DNA from: a virus
Taxonomy: Duplodnaviria > Caudoviricetes
Reading direction: 5' to 3' (one strand)
Virus record (IMG/VR): IMGVR_UViG_3300030433_001707
Span: 1 to 39,805 of that record
DNA length: 39,805 nt
Made by a program: the position numbers and the translations under genes. Positions 16,289-26,521 of this stretch are shown here, piece after piece. Positions within the stretch are counted from its first letter, which is position 1. Each line of letters opens with the position of its first letter. The notes under the pieces are model-generated. The model ran no database searches, was not told the origin of the DNA, and worked only from the letters and a program-made list of their open reading frames with translations.

Positions 16289-19200
16289 TCAACCCTCAGT
16301 TGTGAACGCTGCGTCATCAAGAACATCTAACGCCATCAGGCTATTCAATGCACTGGTGGCAGGGAACTCTGTTGCCACAACGTCAACCATCCCGTCCTCG
16401 CCAAGCGTGAGCTGTTCGACCATATACACGTTACTCGAAGTGGTAGTGCTGATAACCGTGAAAAGCTTGTTATACAGGTCGGTTTCGACTGCTTTGCCTC
16501 CTGCGACAGTCAACGTTTCTTCCGTCACCTCGTCGTCAAACTCGCCATAACAAACAATGGAATACGTTCCATCAGCAAGATCTGTCGCTGAGACGATCGT
16601 GCCATCAGACGAGATCGTGCCATTGCTTGCTGCTTGATAGGGGCTCGACTCAGTTACAACCCGAATGAAGTTGCCTGGTGCCAAAGAAATGCCAAACGGA
16701 CTGGTGCGAAACTTCACCGTGTGCGTGACACGACGCCGCAAGCTCAAGAAATACTTGGCAACCAAAAATGCGTGAGCACGGCTCGTACAGAATTGAGTCA
16801 TATCAAACGACTCAATCGGATAGGCATTGCTGCCAGCCTCGTTGAATCGCACCACCAACGTCTTCTCTTCCGGCAACTGGTTGCGCCGCTCCTGCCGGTA
16901 ACGCATCACAGCTTGGAAGTCCTTGCGCTCTTCGGAGCTGAGATATTCAACGCTGAAAGAATCCTCGATGATGTTGCCTGAAGTGAACAGCTGTTGGATC
17001 GGCAAGGGCTGACCAGTGATATTGCCGTTGACGTCAGTCGGCAAGGCAGGCACCAGGCTGAACTTGCCATCGCTAATCACAAAGTTGCACAGGAAGAACG
17101 GTGCAGTGTCAGAGATGAATTGACGAATGTTCGTCGGCTCAGCAATCGCACCATCAAAGAACAATCTGTTCGACTCCAGGAACTGAGAAGTTGCGGCAAA
17201 GTCTTCCGTGCGAATCATCTCGCTGGAAACTACGTTGCCCGCTCCAGCAACTGTGTCAGTCAACAGGTGATAAACCAGATCGACAAACTTGTTGCTGGGC
17301 CCAATCGTTCCAGCCTCACTAGCGGCGAAACGCTTAACTGAAATACCATCAGCCAACCAGACACGCAGCTGGTCAAGGCTTGCAAAACTACGAGAAGATT
17401 TGAGAGCCAGACCGCATAGAGTCAGATTCTCATAGCGAGGCAATGTCTCGTTAGAAACAGATTCGTTGATGTATGTAATTTCATGCTCTGGTGCTGATTC
17501 ATTCGACTTAGACAACAAATCACCGTACAGACTTAGATCAGTGACTTGACTGTTCGTTTCAAAAATACGCTCGCCAGTAAAGCCAGGCGGCAAGGTAACA
17601 GTCTGAAGAGACAGCACGCGCAATACGATGCCAACAGTTGAGCCAACCTCTCGGAATGGGTTGCCTGCGCTAACAACTGCATTGTTATCCATCAACGCAC
17701 CATTCACCCAAGTGCCGTACGTCTCCGAAGGATCGACAGAATAAACAACGTCCCAAGCCTTAGTCACACCTGGGAATTGCGGTGAAGTTGCAGGTCGTGG
17801 AGTAATCGTTCCAGTTGCAATAATTCTGGCAAATCCCCCTGAGCTGCTATCAACGTCAAAAGTGGCAGTTTTTTGCTCGCCAAACGAATACAGCTCTTGA
17901 TTGCCCAGCAGTTCGTACTCCCAAGCAGCTTCGCGTCCTTTGATTTCAGACTGAGTATCAGTTGAAAGCACAATCAACCGAACGCCGCAGGTTGTCAGGC
18001 CATAAGGCTGCGCCCTTACATTGCCTGAGCTGACAGGAATGCTGACATTAAAAACTTGCTGCGTATTGAAGCCGCCAGTGCTTGACACAACCTCGATACT
18101 GCTAAAGCTCCATTGCTTCCAGTTGGCAAAAAATGGATGATTCGCTGGATATTGATCATCAACAATTCCATTAAATCTAATCGTAATCGAACGGCCATCA
18201 CCGAGATTTACAGTGCGTTGTGCGCTTGCAGTGTTTCCAATAAAGCCCGGCTGCCCAAAAAGCTCATAGTGTGTTGCACCTCTTCTACCGCCCACAACGC
18301 CATCCGGAAGCCAGCTATACCAGCCGACAGTCTTAGCTCTTGCGCCTTCGTTATCTAAATCAGGCAGATGCGTTTCAATTTCAATCGCAGCTGGAATTGT
18401 TGACGACAAACTGCCAGACCTGACGACTGGATTTGTAGCCATCTCAGGGTTGTAAGTAATATCGCCAACAGTGACGTACTCACCAGCGGCACTTACCTGA
18501 AACGGTCCATACGCTGTTTCAAACCTGCCGCCAACTGTCTGATTAGTCTTCGCACTCAAACGAATGAACCGCCTATCTTTTGGCGTGCGTTGTGTAATAT
18601 CAGCACCATTCTTGGGCACAAACCTGTATTCGTACTGACGGCGCTCAGGATGACCGATGCGAATATAGTTGTACTGATCTTGGGGTGTTTCTCCTGTTAC
18701 GCAGAACTGCTCAGTAAGCGGTTGCCAAGGAAACTCATTGCCATTCGCATCTGTTCCAGCAGGCCGCAAAAATATTGTAAAAACGGAAGTCCGTTTCATA
18801 TAAGTATTCATCGTGCCTGTATCAAAACTGATCTTGTCCTTTTCTGCTCTCTTCAGCTCTCTCGGGCTTGGGATAGTCGCGAAGTTGCAAAGACCATTAG
18901 CTCGATTCCAGACTTGCGAACGGATGCCAATTTCCGTTACTTCACATGCCCTGGTGTTTCTTACAATGCCAAAGTTTACGCGCATTAGCGGATAAAATCC
19001 TGCCCCTGCATTCATGTTCAATCCATCTCTTGCATTCGTTTCGCCGTTATCGTCGTTGTAAACACCGCGATATAGCATTCGCTCACTAATTAAACCAATT
19101 TGAGCAGCAAGCCCAGGCTCAAGCCTTTCAACGCACTCCAAAACGATGTCCTGTCGATCACCTTCATTCCACACTGGGAGCGACCTGGACCGCACCACCC

Positions 19201-20512
19201 AAACGGTGAAGCCAATCATTACAGTTTCGCCAAGCTGCAGATAATCATCAGCCGCTCTGCGTGAGGACGAAATCGCAGAGTTGATGTCATCAACAGAGGT
19301 GCTTTCATTGCCCAAGTGATAAAGGTCTTTGGGCAGCTCTCCAGGAGCAATCGAGAAGACTGCGGTGTCTCCTACAGCAACTTCTCTTCTTTCAACAGGT
19401 GTTGTGCCGCTATCGCTTACAGCAACTCCGTTAAGACTCGTAATCCCCATTCGACGGCCATAGTTTCTTCCAACACCTTTTTGACCTTCAGCTCTAACAA
19501 GTTTGTTGAAACCTTCTTCTTTTTTTGAAATGCCATAATCCCCTGCAATCTTGATCCGTTCAGTCGTAAGGCGATTGCCAGGATCATCCTCTTGTCCCTC
19601 TAACTTCGGGACAGAAACAATTTTCCAGTTGACTCGATGATTCGTTCCATTCGGGATTGCACCATAGCAGCCGAACTGTACGTTTGCGCTCTGGCTATGC
19701 GCTGCAGAAAAACCTGCATCAGCAAGGCCATTACCGGTAGGGCAAAGGAAAATATCATCGTTGTTTTCAATATCGCCAGACGATCGAGTGCCTCTTGATC
19801 CATAGGCCCAGTTGGTTGCCTTGATGCGAGTGAACCTATTGCTGTTGCGCTTCCAGTAGAACGCAAACATGTGAGCAAGAGAGCCATCCAACGGGGTGTT
19901 GCCCAAAAAGATGCCATTTAGCTCAGGGCGATCAACTCCATCGCCAAGACCCTGCTCTCCAACAACAAACAGCTGTTTTACGGCTTGCTGCGTTCCAAGC
20001 GAAAACGCACGGGACCAAACCAGCTGAGGAGAAGCAACAACACCACCGGTAGAACCGGTGTATCTGCCGAAAATGATCGGAATCGGGCTTGCGTAATCTG
20101 CAATGTCCGCCTGCGTGTCAAAGCCAACAGTCGGACTAAAACGATCCTGACCGACCCTGCCGCCAAGACTGCGCCTAGTTACACGGTTGTCTGGCCCACT
20201 TAAAGCTTTGGGCTTAGGCGCCAGCAACACTGCAGCAGCTGTTGATAACGCACCAACAACAAGGCTGACAATCAGAGATGTAGTAAATGGCTCGCCATTT
20301 CGCACATCTGGAATGTGGGCATACTCAGCAGGTCGAATTGCACCACGTTTAGCCGCCAAATATGCAAACCGCCTGTATTCCTCTTCGCTCCAGTCAAGGG
20401 TTTCAATTAACTGCCTCTCGAACGGAAGCAGTGGTAGTTCGTAAAGTTTGATGCCGGGGCCCATGTCACAAAACTCAGGTGCCTGTTGGCGTAAAGGATT
20501 CCTGTCTGCCAT
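16289..20512 (-). CDS. Tail tip / host specificity protein (lambda J-like)
   Basis: 1407 aa; PIPIIFG motif, N.FVDLVYHLLTD, LFTSGNIIEDSF and LAPGNFIRV J-like segments. Confidence 0.8.
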   Translation of the reverse strand: MADRNPLRQQAPEFCDMGPGIKLYELPLLPFERQLIETLDWSEEEYRRFAYLAAKRGAIRPAEYAHIPDVRNGEPFTTSLIVSLVVGALSTAAAVLLAPKPKALSGPDNRVTRRSLGGRVGQDRFSPTVGFDTQADIADYASPIPIIFGRYTGSTGGVVASPQLVWSRAFSLGTQQAVKQLFVVGEQGLGDGVDRPELNGIFLGNTPLDGSLAHMFAFYWKRNSNRFTRIKATNWAYGSRGTRSSGDIENNDDIFLCPTGNGLADAGFSAAHSQSANVQFGCYGAIPNGTNHRVNWKIVSVPKLEGQEDDPGNRLTTERIKIAGDYGISKKEEGFNKLVRAEGQKGVGRNYGRRMGITSLNGVAVSDSGTTPVERREVAVGDTAVFSIAPGELPKDLYHLGNESTSVDDINSAISSSRRAADDYLQLGETVMIGFTVWVVRSRSLPVWNEGDRQDIVLECVERLEPGLAAQIGLISERMLYRGVYNDDNGETNARDGLNMNAGAGFYPLMRVNFGIVRNTRACEVTEIGIRSQVWNRANGLCNFATIPSPRELKRAEKDKISFDTGTMNTYMKRTSVFTIFLRPAGTDANGNEFPWQPLTEQFCVTGETPQDQYNYIRIGHPERRQYEYRFVPKNGADITQRTPKDRRFIRLSAKTNQTVGGRFETAYGPFQVSAAGEYVTVGDITYNPEMATNPVVRSGSLSSTIPAAIEIETHLPDLDNEGARAKTVGWYSWLPDGVVGGRRGATHYELFGQPGFIGNTASAQRTVNLGDGRSITIRFNGIVDDQYPANHPFFANWKQWSFSSIEVVSSTGGFNTQQVFNVSIPVSSGNVRAQPYGLTTCGVRLIVLSTDTQSEIKGREAAWEYELLGNQELYSFGEQKTATFDVDSSSGGFARIIATGTITPRPATSPQFPGVTKAWDVVYSVDPSETYGTWVNGALMDNNAVVSAGNPFREVGSTVGIVLRVLSLQTVTLPPGFTGERIFETNSQVTDLSLYGDLLSKSNESAPEHEITYINESVSNETLPRYENLTLCGLALKSSRSFASLDQLRVWLADGISVKRFAASEAGTIGPSNKFVDLVYHLLTDTVAGAGNVVSSEMIRTEDFAATSQFLESNRLFFDGAIAEPTNIRQFISDTAPFFLCNFVISDGKFSLVPALPTDVNGNITGQPLPIQQLFTSGNIIEDSFSVEYLSSEERKDFQAVMRYRQERRNQLPEEKTLVVRFNEAGSNAYPIESFDMTQFCTSRAHAFLVAKYFLSLRRRVTHTVKFRTSPFGISLAPGNFIRVVTESSPYQAASNGTISSDGTIVSATDLADGTYSIVCYGEFDDEVTEETLTVAGGKAVETDLYNKLFTVISTTTSSNVYMVEQLTLGEDGMVDVVATEFPATSALNSLMALDVLDDAAFTTEG

Positions 20513-20775
20513 GTGACCGCAAAAGTCCAGTTATCTTCTTTGAGAAGAAGCACGTCTCCATCATAAGCGGGCTGATCTACTCGGAAACCCCAGCGCAATA
20601 GGTCACGGCAAACCTTGGTTGTGCTGGCTTCGTACCAATCATGGTTAAACGCTGGCGTCGGGATGTCACAACGCCTCAGCACTTCATAGACAAGATGGAT
20701 GCAGTCGATTTCGCCGTTGCTTCCGTCAGCGCCAAGCTTGTAGCGCAACCCGATTAGATCAAGACAGTCGGACAT
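20407..20775 (-). CDS. NlpC/P60-like tail assembly protein (lambda K-like)
   Basis: LIGLRYKLGADG..EIDCIHLV motif; position between L-like and J-like genes; ATG 20775. Confidence 0.75.
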   Translation of the reverse strand: MSDCLDLIGLRYKLGADGSNGEIDCIHLVYEVLRRCDIPTPAFNHDWYEASTTKVCRDLLRWGFRVDQPAYDGDVLLLKEDNWTFAVTWQTGILYANRHLSFVTWAPASNFTNYHCFRSRGS

Positions 20776-21229
20776 TGCTGCTGACAGGGATGTTGCCAAT
20801 CAAGCTCTGCGTCAGACGACGCATTGGAGCGTCAGAACCGACAGCATCCAAGATCGTGTTCAAATCAAGCTGCAAACTGGTTTCGTCCCAGTTGCCAGCA
20901 GCAACCTGACCAAAGTATTGGTGCATCAACGTTCCAGCGGTGCGATCGTCAGGATCAAGGCTCATCACCAGCACGTTCGCAAGCCAACGTTGGTCAACCG
21001 CGTCTACGCCCCAAGCCCTGCTCAACTGATTATTCGGGAACGCCAGGCTCGCAGATGTGTTGTCACCGCTTCGATTAACGCTGACGCCAGAAAATCCAAA
21101 CGGCAAGAAACTCCAGGTGAACCCGTCGTATGTAGCGTTTTGACCGATGTGAAAATTCTGGAAGCGGTAAACGACAGTCTGAGCCTTGTTCGACAGCTTT
21201 AGGTAGTTGCCGACTGCAATCGTGGTCAC
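20759..21229 (-). CDS. Minor tail protein (lambda L-like position)
   Basis: YDGFTWSFLPFGFSG...DAVGSDAPMRRL; directly after the TMP. Confidence 0.7.
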   Translation of the reverse strand: MTTIAVGNYLKLSNKAQTVVYRFQNFHIGQNATYDGFTWSFLPFGFSGVSVNRSGDNTSASLAFPNNQLSRAWGVDAVDQRWLANVLVMSLDPDDRTAGTLMHQYFGQVAAGNWDETSLQLDLNTILDAVGSDAPMRRLTQSLIGNIPVSSNVRLS

Positions 21230-24021
21230 AGGCCAAGCCTCCTACGAGTATTCGGTGATTGCTGCAGACGAGTCAACGCTAGTTGCTGACCGCGTTGTGC
21301 GCCCTGCGATGCAGCCTTCTGCATTCCGAGCTGGAACTCCTCAGCCGTAACGTAATCCACATTGTTGATCCGCTCTACGTTAAAGCGAACGTCGATTGGA
21401 GCGGCAACAGCAGTTCCGCCACCTTCGCCTGACGTTCCAGAACCCCCAGATTCAGGGATAACAGCAGAGCCGCGAGCACCACGCGAGTATCGCGCCATGC
21501 TTTCACGCATTTTTGACTGAGGAATAACGTACTCCGGCTCGCCACCTTCACCGACAAGAGCGCGAGTTGGGCCACCAAAATACCCACCTGCGGAAGCCAT
21601 AGCTGGCGGAGCTATGAATTGATCAACGCCATTGATATTTAACCCAGAACCAGTTTGAACAGATGCGTCAGGAAGCGTTTGAGGAGGTGTTGTACTGCTA
21701 CCACTACTGGCCATGCCCATAGCAAACGCACGAGCAATGCCAATCGCGATATACGTCGAAATCATCTGCGCAGCTTGCTTGAACAACACATCAGCAATGC
21801 TCTGCAGCATGTCCGCAAAAACTTCTTTGACGCTTGACGCTCCAGTGATCAGATTCTGCAGTCCATTAGTGAGGGAGTTGCCGATTGCATTGCCGATACC
21901 TTGAGAGATCTGCACCGCTTGGGTCTCAAGATCATTCAAGCTTTCGATCGACTGCTTGATGAACTTGTTGAGAGGACTGTTTTCAGCAGATATTTGCTCC
22001 ATCAGCTGACCGATCTGAGCAACTCGCGACTCCTTCATTCCGTCATCTCTTAGCTCCTGAAGCTTCTTCTCAATACGAAGACGCTCCCTTTCCGCTTCGC
22101 TTGTGGCCTGGCTAATTGCAAGCTGATACTCAAGATCTGCGACAGTATCGTCAAACAGCTCCTGACGCTTGCGTTGCTCTTCCGTGATCTGACGCTCAGT
22201 TTCACGTTGAGCAGCCAACTTTTCAGTGGCTTTGACGATATTGATAGCTTCTATCTCGCGCTGATCAGTAACGCCGATAAGCGCCGTTTTACGGCTGGCT
22301 TCAATTTCAGCCATCTTCTGCTCGCCTTGCAGGCGAATGACCAGCTGAGTGTCGCCAAGAGCTTCGGCAGCTGCGATTTGATCCTTAAATCGAGAGATCT
22401 CAAGAATCTTTTGACGCTCTTCCTCAAGCTTCGCCAATCGCTTTAACAACCGCTCTTCTTCTTTTGTTCCTTTATCCGACTCTTTGTCTGCAGCTCTAAG
22501 CAGCTCCAGCTGTGTTGGCTCAATAGCAGCGCCTTCCGGAATAAGTGCCGGATACTCTTCTTGAAGTTTTTGAATTACTTCAGGCGTTAGCGCGTTCAAA
22601 CCCATTGCCTTACCAGTTCTTGCGCTTCTCCTGACTCCTCTCAACTCTCTTGAACGCGCGAGAATTTCAGCGCCTCGCTCAGGGCTGCCAGCCTCTGCAA
22701 TCATTTGATCAAGCTGGCTTTGAGCAGTTAGACCCCCAATAGCCCTATTGATGATCTTGATTAAAGGGGTAAGAGCTTGAGCTATAAATGCCTGAACACG
22801 CAACAAAAGCGTTCCAAATATCTTGCCCATCTTGCTGGCTTCAGTGCCAAGATCTTTCAAAGCTTTCAAGCCACTGCCGCCGACCTGCTTAGCCATTTCT
22901 TGGGTCATCAAAGCAGCCGCTTCAGTGACCTTTCCTTCTTCAATTAGCTTTTCAATGCGAAACTGCATTGCATCAGAGCTAAACAAGCTCTTTTCAGCCA
23001 TAAAGTCAGCCGCACCACCAACGCTAGTAAGCGCTTTGCCTGCGTTGACCATGCTTGCGACGAATTGATCGACCTGTTGGCCGATCGCGCTAAATGCAAT
23101 TTGCGCTCCAAAAGATCCTGTTAATCCGCCTGCTGCACCACCAAGCACTGAGCCTGCTCCGCCGCCAAACAACAGTGGGAAGCCAGCACCAAGACCAACT
23201 TGCTCAAGCGTTTTAATACGTTGCTGTCTACGCAAAAACGCAGGAGAACCTGGAATGTTGATAGCTCCACCAACAGGCGACGCCATAAACTGACGAGGAC
23301 CTTGCACAGGAGGAGCTGCTGGCCCAAATTGACCTCTGCCAGCATTAGCACCCGCTAGTCGTCTTTGACGTGCCTTATCAGACGCTTCAAGCTGCCTATC
23401 AAACTTCGCAAGCGCCCTTAAATCAGCCGCTAACAGTTTGTCTATATTGTCTAGCTCTACTTTTTGCCTTCTTTGTATTAATTTTAGTTCCGCAAAATGA
23501 GCATTTTTATCTGCTCGCATTTCTGCCATTTCTAACTTCCTGATGGCCTGCATCTGAGCTGGAGAACCAGCAATGTCTATCCTGCCGCCAATAGGGCTCA
23601 CTCTTTGCCTGCCGGACGCAGCAATCTGGGCTGGAGAGCCCATCATGCTCCTTATGCCACGAATTGGGCTTGCGGGAAAACCTTCTCTTTGCGATCGAAG
23701 AATTCTTAGCTTTGACTGTTCTAGACGAATACTTCTTTCTAGAATTCGATATTCTCTTTGAGCGTTAGCAAGATCTCTGCGACTCTGTTGCTCAGTTGCC
23801 TTGCCCATTTGGGCTCTAAGCTTGGCAACCTTTAGGCCCTTGGCCTCCATCTCGTTGATGCGATTCATCAAACGAGCACGTTTATCTACAATTCTTTCAA
23901 GGCTTTTTTCTTTAGAAGTTGTTGACTTGCCAAGATTTTTTATCTTCCTGTCAATAATGTTAAGGTCAGTCTCAACCTTCTTAGTATTGATCTTGATATT
24001 GACTTCGTACTCAGCAGCCAC
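21226..24021 (-). CDS. Tape measure protein
   Basis: 931 aa, helical; GAGFPLLFGGG hydrophobic segment; C-terminal GG...ALVGEGGEPEYVIP; downstream of the TAC. Confidence 0.88.
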   Translation of the reverse strand: MAAEYEVNIKINTKKVETDLNIIDRKIKNLGKSTTSKEKSLERIVDKRARLMNRINEMEAKGLKVAKLRAQMGKATEQQSRRDLANAQREYRILERSIRLEQSKLRILRSQREGFPASPIRGIRSMMGSPAQIAASGRQRVSPIGGRIDIAGSPAQMQAIRKLEMAEMRADKNAHFAELKLIQRRQKVELDNIDKLLAADLRALAKFDRQLEASDKARQRRLAGANAGRGQFGPAAPPVQGPRQFMASPVGGAINIPGSPAFLRRQQRIKTLEQVGLGAGFPLLFGGGAGSVLGGAAGGLTGSFGAQIAFSAIGQQVDQFVASMVNAGKALTSVGGAADFMAEKSLFSSDAMQFRIEKLIEEGKVTEAAALMTQEMAKQVGGSGLKALKDLGTEASKMGKIFGTLLLRVQAFIAQALTPLIKIINRAIGGLTAQSQLDQMIAEAGSPERGAEILARSRELRGVRRSARTGKAMGLNALTPEVIQKLQEEYPALIPEGAAIEPTQLELLRAADKESDKGTKEEERLLKRLAKLEEERQKILEISRFKDQIAAAEALGDTQLVIRLQGEQKMAEIEASRKTALIGVTDQREIEAINIVKATEKLAAQRETERQITEEQRKRQELFDDTVADLEYQLAISQATSEAERERLRIEKKLQELRDDGMKESRVAQIGQLMEQISAENSPLNKFIKQSIESLNDLETQAVQISQGIGNAIGNSLTNGLQNLITGASSVKEVFADMLQSIADVLFKQAAQMISTYIAIGIARAFAMGMASSGSSTTPPQTLPDASVQTGSGLNINGVDQFIAPPAMASAGGYFGGPTRALVGEGGEPEYVIPQSKMRESMARYSRGARGSAVIPESGGSGTSGEGGGTAVAAPIDVRFNVERINNVDYVTAEEFQLGMQKAASQGAQRGQQLALTRLQQSPNTRRRLGL

Positions 24022-24048
24022 GACTAACCCGAAGACATTGCCTTCAGG

Positions 24049-24250
24049 TTAGCGCACACGGCGATATTGAGCCTGCTGACGACTCCGTTCCATCTCCTTC
24101 TGCTCTCGATCTGACTTGACCGAGCAGTAGGCGCTCCAAGCAACTAGCTCTTCCATTGACATGCTGGCCCGAAGCTGAGCCAACGTCATGCCTAGCTTTT
24201 CAGCAATGAAGAACTGCAGGAACAGATAGTGGTCCTTATCAATCCTCGCT
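24049..24250 (-). CDS. Tail assembly chaperone C-terminal extension (gpT-like, probably reached by frameshift)
   Basis: Frame LKARIDKDHYLFLQFFIAEKLGMTLAQLRASMSMEELVAWSAY overlaps the TAC end; no convincing own start ahead of the conserved segment. Confidence 0.7.
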
Positions 24251-24610
24251 TTTAAGGTCGTCTGCTTCTTCCACCTCATCCGTGCTCTGCATCTTGGACA
24301 TGATGTCCAACACAATGCTCAGAGGTAGACGGTTGCGAATCTTGGCACGGTCGCCGTCCGAAAAGATCCGATTGCCGGCCTCGTCCTCTGCCTTGCGGAT
24401 GACCATTTGGATCGCAAAATCCAGATTGTCCTCAGCCGCACCAATGTTCAATGCTTTCAATGAGTTGTTGATCGCATCACGATCAGCAATCGTCAAAGGC
24501 TTCCAATACAGCTTAAGGATGACTTCTTCGCCACTTTTGATCGTGTAGCTGCTGCGTTGCTCAACGCTAAACGCCTTACACAGCTTGTCGATTGCGCGTG
24601 GTTCAGCCAT
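24239..24610 (-). CDS. Tail assembly chaperone (gpG-like)
   Basis: YWKPLTIADRD...KAEDEAGNRIF motif; upstream of the TMP. Confidence 0.8.
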   Translation of the reverse strand: MAEPRAIDKLCKAFSVEQRSSYTIKSGEEVILKLYWKPLTIADRDAINNSLKALNIGAAEDNLDFAIQMVIRKAEDEAGNRIFSDGDRAKIRNRLPLSIVLDIMSKMQSTDEVEEADDLKSED

Positions 24611-24638
24611 AAAACTCAGTCAACTAGCACAATATAGC

Positions 24639-25127
24639 TTATCCCAGGCGAACGCCCTGAAAAGCTATGTCCAAGTCAAGAAACAAACCTGTATCTCTAC
24701 TTGTCTCTGTATAAATTTTGTACCAGTTTGGTCCTGGCTTGGCTGTACTTCTTTGCGGCGGCCTCGTTTCACCATAAGTCTTAGGCACTCCTTCGTTGTC
24801 TGGAAGCTTGGCTTGTGGATTATTAACGGCGTATCCTGCATAGTCAGCCAAGTTGCCGATATACAAAGGACTGTTGATTGGCACTCTCAAGACGGGACGC
24901 CTTGAAAAGTTTCGAGCAGTAGGCATGTTTGGATCTTGCCAGTCGCGATCAATATCCACTACCGGCTTGACTGGAACAGTATTAAGAGCCCACAATTCGC
25001 CAAAATTTCCAGTCCACCAAGGGCCTTTCATTTGCAAGCTGAAAACAATCTCTGGACCAGCAGCTGCCCGTCCATCCTCAATCAACTTACGAATATCCTT
25101 GGTCAGCTCAGTGATCGGCTTAGCCAT
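24639..25127 (-). CDS. Neck / tail completion protein (HK97 gp10-like)
   Basis: GPWWTGNF..W and LYIGNLADYA motifs. Confidence 0.7.
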   Translation of the reverse strand: MAKPITELTKDIRKLIEDGRAAAGPEIVFSLQMKGPWWTGNFGELWALNTVPVKPVVDIDRDWQDPNMPTARNFSRRPVLRVPINSPLYIGNLADYAGYAVNNPQAKLPDNEGVPKTYGETRPPQRSTAKPGPNWYKIYTETSRDTGLFLDLDIAFQGVRLG

Positions 25128-25552
25128 TAAACCGCAGTAAATCGACAGCTAACCACGCTGACAAAATGACTATCGTTTTCGTTGGCTACTGCAGTCGGAC
25201 CACTAACTTGCCCAACACGAGGTTTTGCTGAATAGGTGTCCGTGTAGCCAGAAGCATTTACAGAGGTCAAGCCATCAATAACTGATTCTGCAATCGCAGC
25301 CGCTGCAGCACTGCCCTTGTTTCTTGGCGTAAAAATGCCACATTGCACCGTTCCAGAGTATTGATCAATAGCAGCACCATGAGGCTGAATCGTTGACTGA
25401 TCAAAGTTGATCGTCACCATCACGTACTTTTTTGTTTTGCCAGGCGTTGTAAATGGCATGTTGTCGAACACCACTGAAACCGTGTCGTCCGCATCCGTTA
25501 CCGCAGTGTTAATTGCAGACTCAAGTGCCGCCCTAGCGTTTACAAGCGTCAT
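25127..25552 (-). CDS. Tail terminator-like protein
   Basis: VVFDNMPF...GTVQCGIFTPRNKG motif; gene order. Confidence 0.72.
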   Translation of the reverse strand: MTLVNARAALESAINTAVTDADDTVSVVFDNMPFTTPGKTKKYVMVTINFDQSTIQPHGAAIDQYSGTVQCGIFTPRNKGSAAAAAIAESVIDGLTSVNASGYTDTYSAKPRVGQVSGPTAVANENDSHFVSVVSCRFTAV

Positions 25553-25935
25553 CAGAACACCACCCGAAGAATATACATGTACTCCTGATCGCCTCTAAAT
25601 GTCCGAATGTCTTGAATCCTGGCTACTCTTGCCGACCCAGCAAACTGCAGTGACACCTCATCCTGCAGTGTCGCCTGATTGTCGCCGATCTGATCAGGCG
25701 TTATGTAAATACGAGCAGTATTTTCCTGAAAACCACTCTCCTCGTCAGACGCGATGAATTCGATTGGAGCGTCAAACGAATAACTTGTGTCAGTCGTCGT
25801 TACAGCACCAGTCGCAAGGTCATAGCTGGCGGAAGCTTTGCGCGTGTAAGTGATTGTCGTGTCTAACGACTTGCCTAGGTCAGCAACGACCTGCTTGGCA
25901 ACGTTCTTGAAAAGCGTGTCGAGTGCGCCTGCCAT
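25552..25935 (-). CDS. Head closure / head-tail protein
   Basis: ITYTRK...YDLATG beta-rich 127 aa protein after the adaptor gene. Confidence 0.7.
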   Translation of the reverse strand: MAGALDTLFKNVAKQVVADLGKSLDTTITYTRKASASYDLATGAVTTTDTSYSFDAPIEFIASDEESGFQENTARIYITPDQIGDNQATLQDEVSLQFAGSARVARIQDIRTFRGDQEYMYILRVVF

Positions 25936-25936
25936 C

Positions 25937-26467
25937 TCAACCCCTCACAACGCGGAGAGAATACGAGCCACTGCCGCCCAGACAATAAGCCCCGAGATAA
26001 GACTGAAGCCAAGGATAAACGTCGAATACGTTGTTAACAGTTCCAGTAGCCTGACTAGAAGTGTTGTACTTGACTTCCATCTCCCCAAGCTTGACGGACT
26101 CGTAAAGTCCCGTATCGCCGGTAGTCCCTGTAATCGAGTCCGTGTCATTAGCCAGTGCGTTGGCTAACTCATAAGTAGCGTATTTAATGTCGTTTGGAAT
26201 GCTGGTGCAAACCAACTCCACACGATCCACGTGATAGTTGTTGCGAGGCCAGCTCAACGCTTGGCTTTCATCGCAACGATCACCATAAAAATTCAACGTG
26301 TCGATCCAGCGCGTTGCAGAGATCAGCGCTCGATTCTTCGCATCATCACTCTTGTTGTCCCACTGCGTGCTGCTTGGGACGGTTTCAAAATATGCGTCGG
26401 CCTCTGCCAGCGTCACATAGCTGTTAGCTGTCTCGCTCTTCAGTGTGGCGGTGATCGTGGCAGCCAT
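25937..26467 (-). CDS. Head-tail adaptor
   Basis: ANSYVTLAEADAYF...ALISATRWID...QALSWPR...IP.DIK.AT.ELA; ATG 26467. Confidence 0.8.
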   Translation of the reverse strand: MAATITATLKSETANSYVTLAEADAYFETVPSSTQWDNKSDDAKNRALISATRWIDTLNFYGDRCDESQALSWPRNNYHVDRVELVCTSIPNDIKYATYELANALANDTDSITGTTGDTGLYESVKLGEMEVKYNTSSQATGTVNNVFDVYPWLQSYLGAYCLGGSGSYSLRVVRG

Positions 26468-26473
26468 AGCGCA

Positions 26474-26505
26474 GAAAGAAGAAGGCCCCACCTAATGGTA
26501 GGGCC
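26474..26505 (-). terminator. Intrinsic terminator after the MCP gene
   Basis: GGCCCTACC-ATTA-GGTGGGGCC followed by TTCTTCTTT. Confidence 0.7.
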
Positions 26506-26521
26506 ATTTGTCTCGTCAGGA

